64,000 bases of DNA from Azolla caroliniana (Eukaryota > Plantae > Polypodiophyta): positions 17,050,001-17,114,000 of the forward strand of contig JBHGNT010000009.1 in NCBI GenBank assembly GCA_043228905.1, read 5' to 3'. Below, piece after piece: positions 61,553 to 64,000 of the stretch; the stretch's first letter is position 1; each line of letters begins with the position of its first letter. A program made the position numbers and the translations under genes. The notes below the pieces were generated by a model. It saw only the letters and a list, made by a program, of their open reading frames with translations, ran no database searches and had not been told where the DNA came from.

Positions 61553-61670
61553 TATTACTTATAAATAGGGATCTACCACTCATCCCAAACCTAAATTGGT
61601 TCAACGCCATTTTGTAGCCTTCTCTTTGTAATCCATTTTACTCTGCAATATAATAATTCTCTTTCAATTA

Positions 61671-61725
<55 letters not shown>

Positions 61726-62894
61726 GTCTTGACAGTTTGGACCAATTTATTCCTTTCATCTCTTCGTCTTCCACAAACTCTAACAAGTTCTCTTCTTCCT
61801 TCTCCACTCCCCTCATAAGCTATGGAGTCCGTGAGCAAAAAGGAATACATGCGTGTTCTTTCTGAGGTCGACATGCTCATGAATAAATTTGTGGCATTAG
61901 AGCATGAGAATCAAAGGCTACTTGGAGACCTACAACACGTGAGCGCTGAAAAAGCTCAACAATATGAAGAGTTATCACAGCGGGTTCATCAACTCGAGGC
62001 GACTATATTGTCATTCCAAGAGCAAGCGTCGGGGCTCCGAACTCCCCTAGAGAGCCAAAGATCAGCCTCCCTACCAAGTTTGATGGTACGAGGTCTTTAT
62101 TTTGAGGCTTTTTGAATCAAGTTCCTTTGGTTATTCAGCAACATCCCAATCGGTATCCAACTGATGCTGCTCGTGTGGGATTAGTGGGAACTTTGTTATG
62201 CGGTACGACATTAGCATGGTTTGCACCACTTTTCGAGAAGAAATCACCATTGCTGGAGGATTTCGAGGCATTTGTTAAAGAGTTTCAAGCTAGTTTCAGC
62301 GACGCCGATAGCACTAGAACAATGATAAACAAGATTCGAAGGCTTCGACAAGGAGATTGTCCTGCGTCGGCTTACGCAGCCGATTTCCGTCTCTTGGCAT
62401 GTAATATCCCTTGGGATGAGACGGCCTTAATGGATCAATTCCGTCAAGGTTTGTGAAATGATGTCAAAGATCTTCTTCTTACTTTCCTTGAAGATCCGAA
62501 GTCGCTTACAGAAGCCATTAGTCGAGTCGTGCGATGTGATAATCACCTATTTGAGTGACGTTCTGAGCGCCAACAAATGTTACGCCGCCAACCTGAGCAG
62601 ACTTATGCTTCTGTAGTCGCAATGCCTCCACAAGTTTCTAGACCCATTACAAGGGATGGCCCAACTCCGATGGAAATAGAGTCAACACAACGTCATGGGC
62701 CGTTATCAAATGCTGAGAAGCAACGATGTCGAGCGCATCGCCTCTGCCTGTATTGTGGCGGTCCAGGACATATAGCTGTAAATTGTCCACATAAACCTAG
62801 GCGTCAAGTATACCAAGTAAGTGCCCATGAAAACCCGACATCCAGTTCTATTGTTACTTCTAATAACATAAGTATGCCTCATAGTCCATGCCAT

Positions 62895-64000
62895 TGTCGT
62901 GACTTGAGAATAGGAGAGAGAAAAATAAGACGACAATAGAAGGTAGGGGGGGGGGGGGGGAGAGAGAGAGAGAGAAAGAACACTAGAAATGGAAAGAGAT
63001 TTTATATTATAAGGCCAAAATGTATGTCGTCAAAATGTATGTCGTCATGACATTATCCCCATTTTTCGACGACGAGTTCCACGAGTCGGAAGACAAGATT
63101 TCGGACTTGGCTTATGGGGATATTTGTTGTGAAATGCAGCAACCATTTCGGAGGCATTAACAAGATTCTCAAGAGGTTCCCATGTTTGATCATAAGGTGT
63201 ATAACCTAACTAGTCAACCAAATAATACAGTTTTTTGCAAACGATCTTGGAGTCGAGAATGGCAGCAACTTAATATTCGGAGCCATCCGAAACTTCGATT
63301 GGAGGTGGGAGAGATGTAAGACGGCCTGGAATAGAGCTGGTTGTGTACGGCTCCAAAAGTGAAACATGGAAGACCGGGTGAAGATGCATATGAGGGGGAA
63401 GATTAAGGCGAAATGCCACATCATTGATCTTACCAAATATCACATATGGCCCAAAATGTTGATAATCCAATTTGCAGCAAGGTCGGGTTGTTTTAATGCG
63501 ACCGTGTAAAAGCCATACTCGATCTCCCACTTGAAACGTAGTCGATGAATCACGTCGATGACGGTCGGCAACCTTCTTTTGAGTGTTTTGAGCATCACAT
63601 AAATGGTGCAAAAGGATATCTTGAACTTCTTGGAGTTTGGTGAGCCGATCTTCAGTAGCCGGGTTTGTCGGGAGTTCGGGATCTTCTTGAGCATAGTCCA
63701 ATGAGGATGGTACCCAATGTTTGCAAAAAATGGGGAATATCCAGTAGAAGAATGTTCTAATTTGTTGTAAGCAAATTCCGCCAAATGTAATAGATCAACC
63801 CAATCATCTTGTTGATAGTTGACAAAACAATGAAGATATTGTTCTACTATTTGGTTGGTGCGCTCACTCTGTCCGTTAGTTTCTGGATGGTAGTCGGAAG
63901 AGAGTTTGCAAGAAGTATGTAAGAGTTTGAACATGTGTCGCCAAAATTTTGAGATGAACTGAGGATCCCGATCATTGATAATATCATCAGGAAGACCATG
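62895..64000 (-). mobile_element. Chromovirus 3' part (integrase, chromodomain, PPT, short 3' LTR 62895-63052)
   Basis: YHPETNGQSERTNQ, GPY motif and HPVFHVSLL; chromodomain EY-VAAILDS...TWEPLENL; GGGGATAA followed by TGTCATG. Confidence 0.88.

Larger units (their letters stand above)
61276..62894 (+). mobile_element. Tcn1-like chromovirus 5' part (LTR 61276-61734 + frameshifted gag 61822-62894)
   Basis: TGTCATGA...TCTTGACA termini; gag motifs LRQG, PTPMEI and CLYCGGPGHIAVNC; non-tRNA PBS. Confidence 0.85.

Overview
Repeat-rich, apparently heterochromatic plant nuclear DNA, probably from a non-seed land plant (inferred from the TE lineages and the plant-type tRNA-Phe). No intact host protein gene is recognisable. 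The main feature is a tRNA-Phe(GAA)-derived higher-order tandem array: + strand at 3.7-24.9 kb (19 full-length copies plus one truncated, split by a Copia element) and an inverted block at 52.8-57.3 kb (4 copies). Each ~900-bp unit has one near-intact tRNA-Phe gene plus about six heavily decayed tRNA-Phe-derived monomers. The rest is nested retroelements: several tRNA-Trp-primed Gypsy copies, one intact young Tork/Tnt1-like Copia (38860-44210), three decayed Copias, a young 5'-truncated L1-type LINE, chromovirus fragments, a SAM-synthetase pseudogene and a poly(A)-tailed retrocopy. The most unusual observations are the tRNA higher-order satellite, antisense tRNA-like Pol III modules inside LTRs of two unrelated Gypsy lineages, a heterologous element joined in exactly at a duplicated PBS, and a -1 frameshift/pseudoknot signal placed after the protease. 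Coordinates were read by eye and may be off by a few bases.
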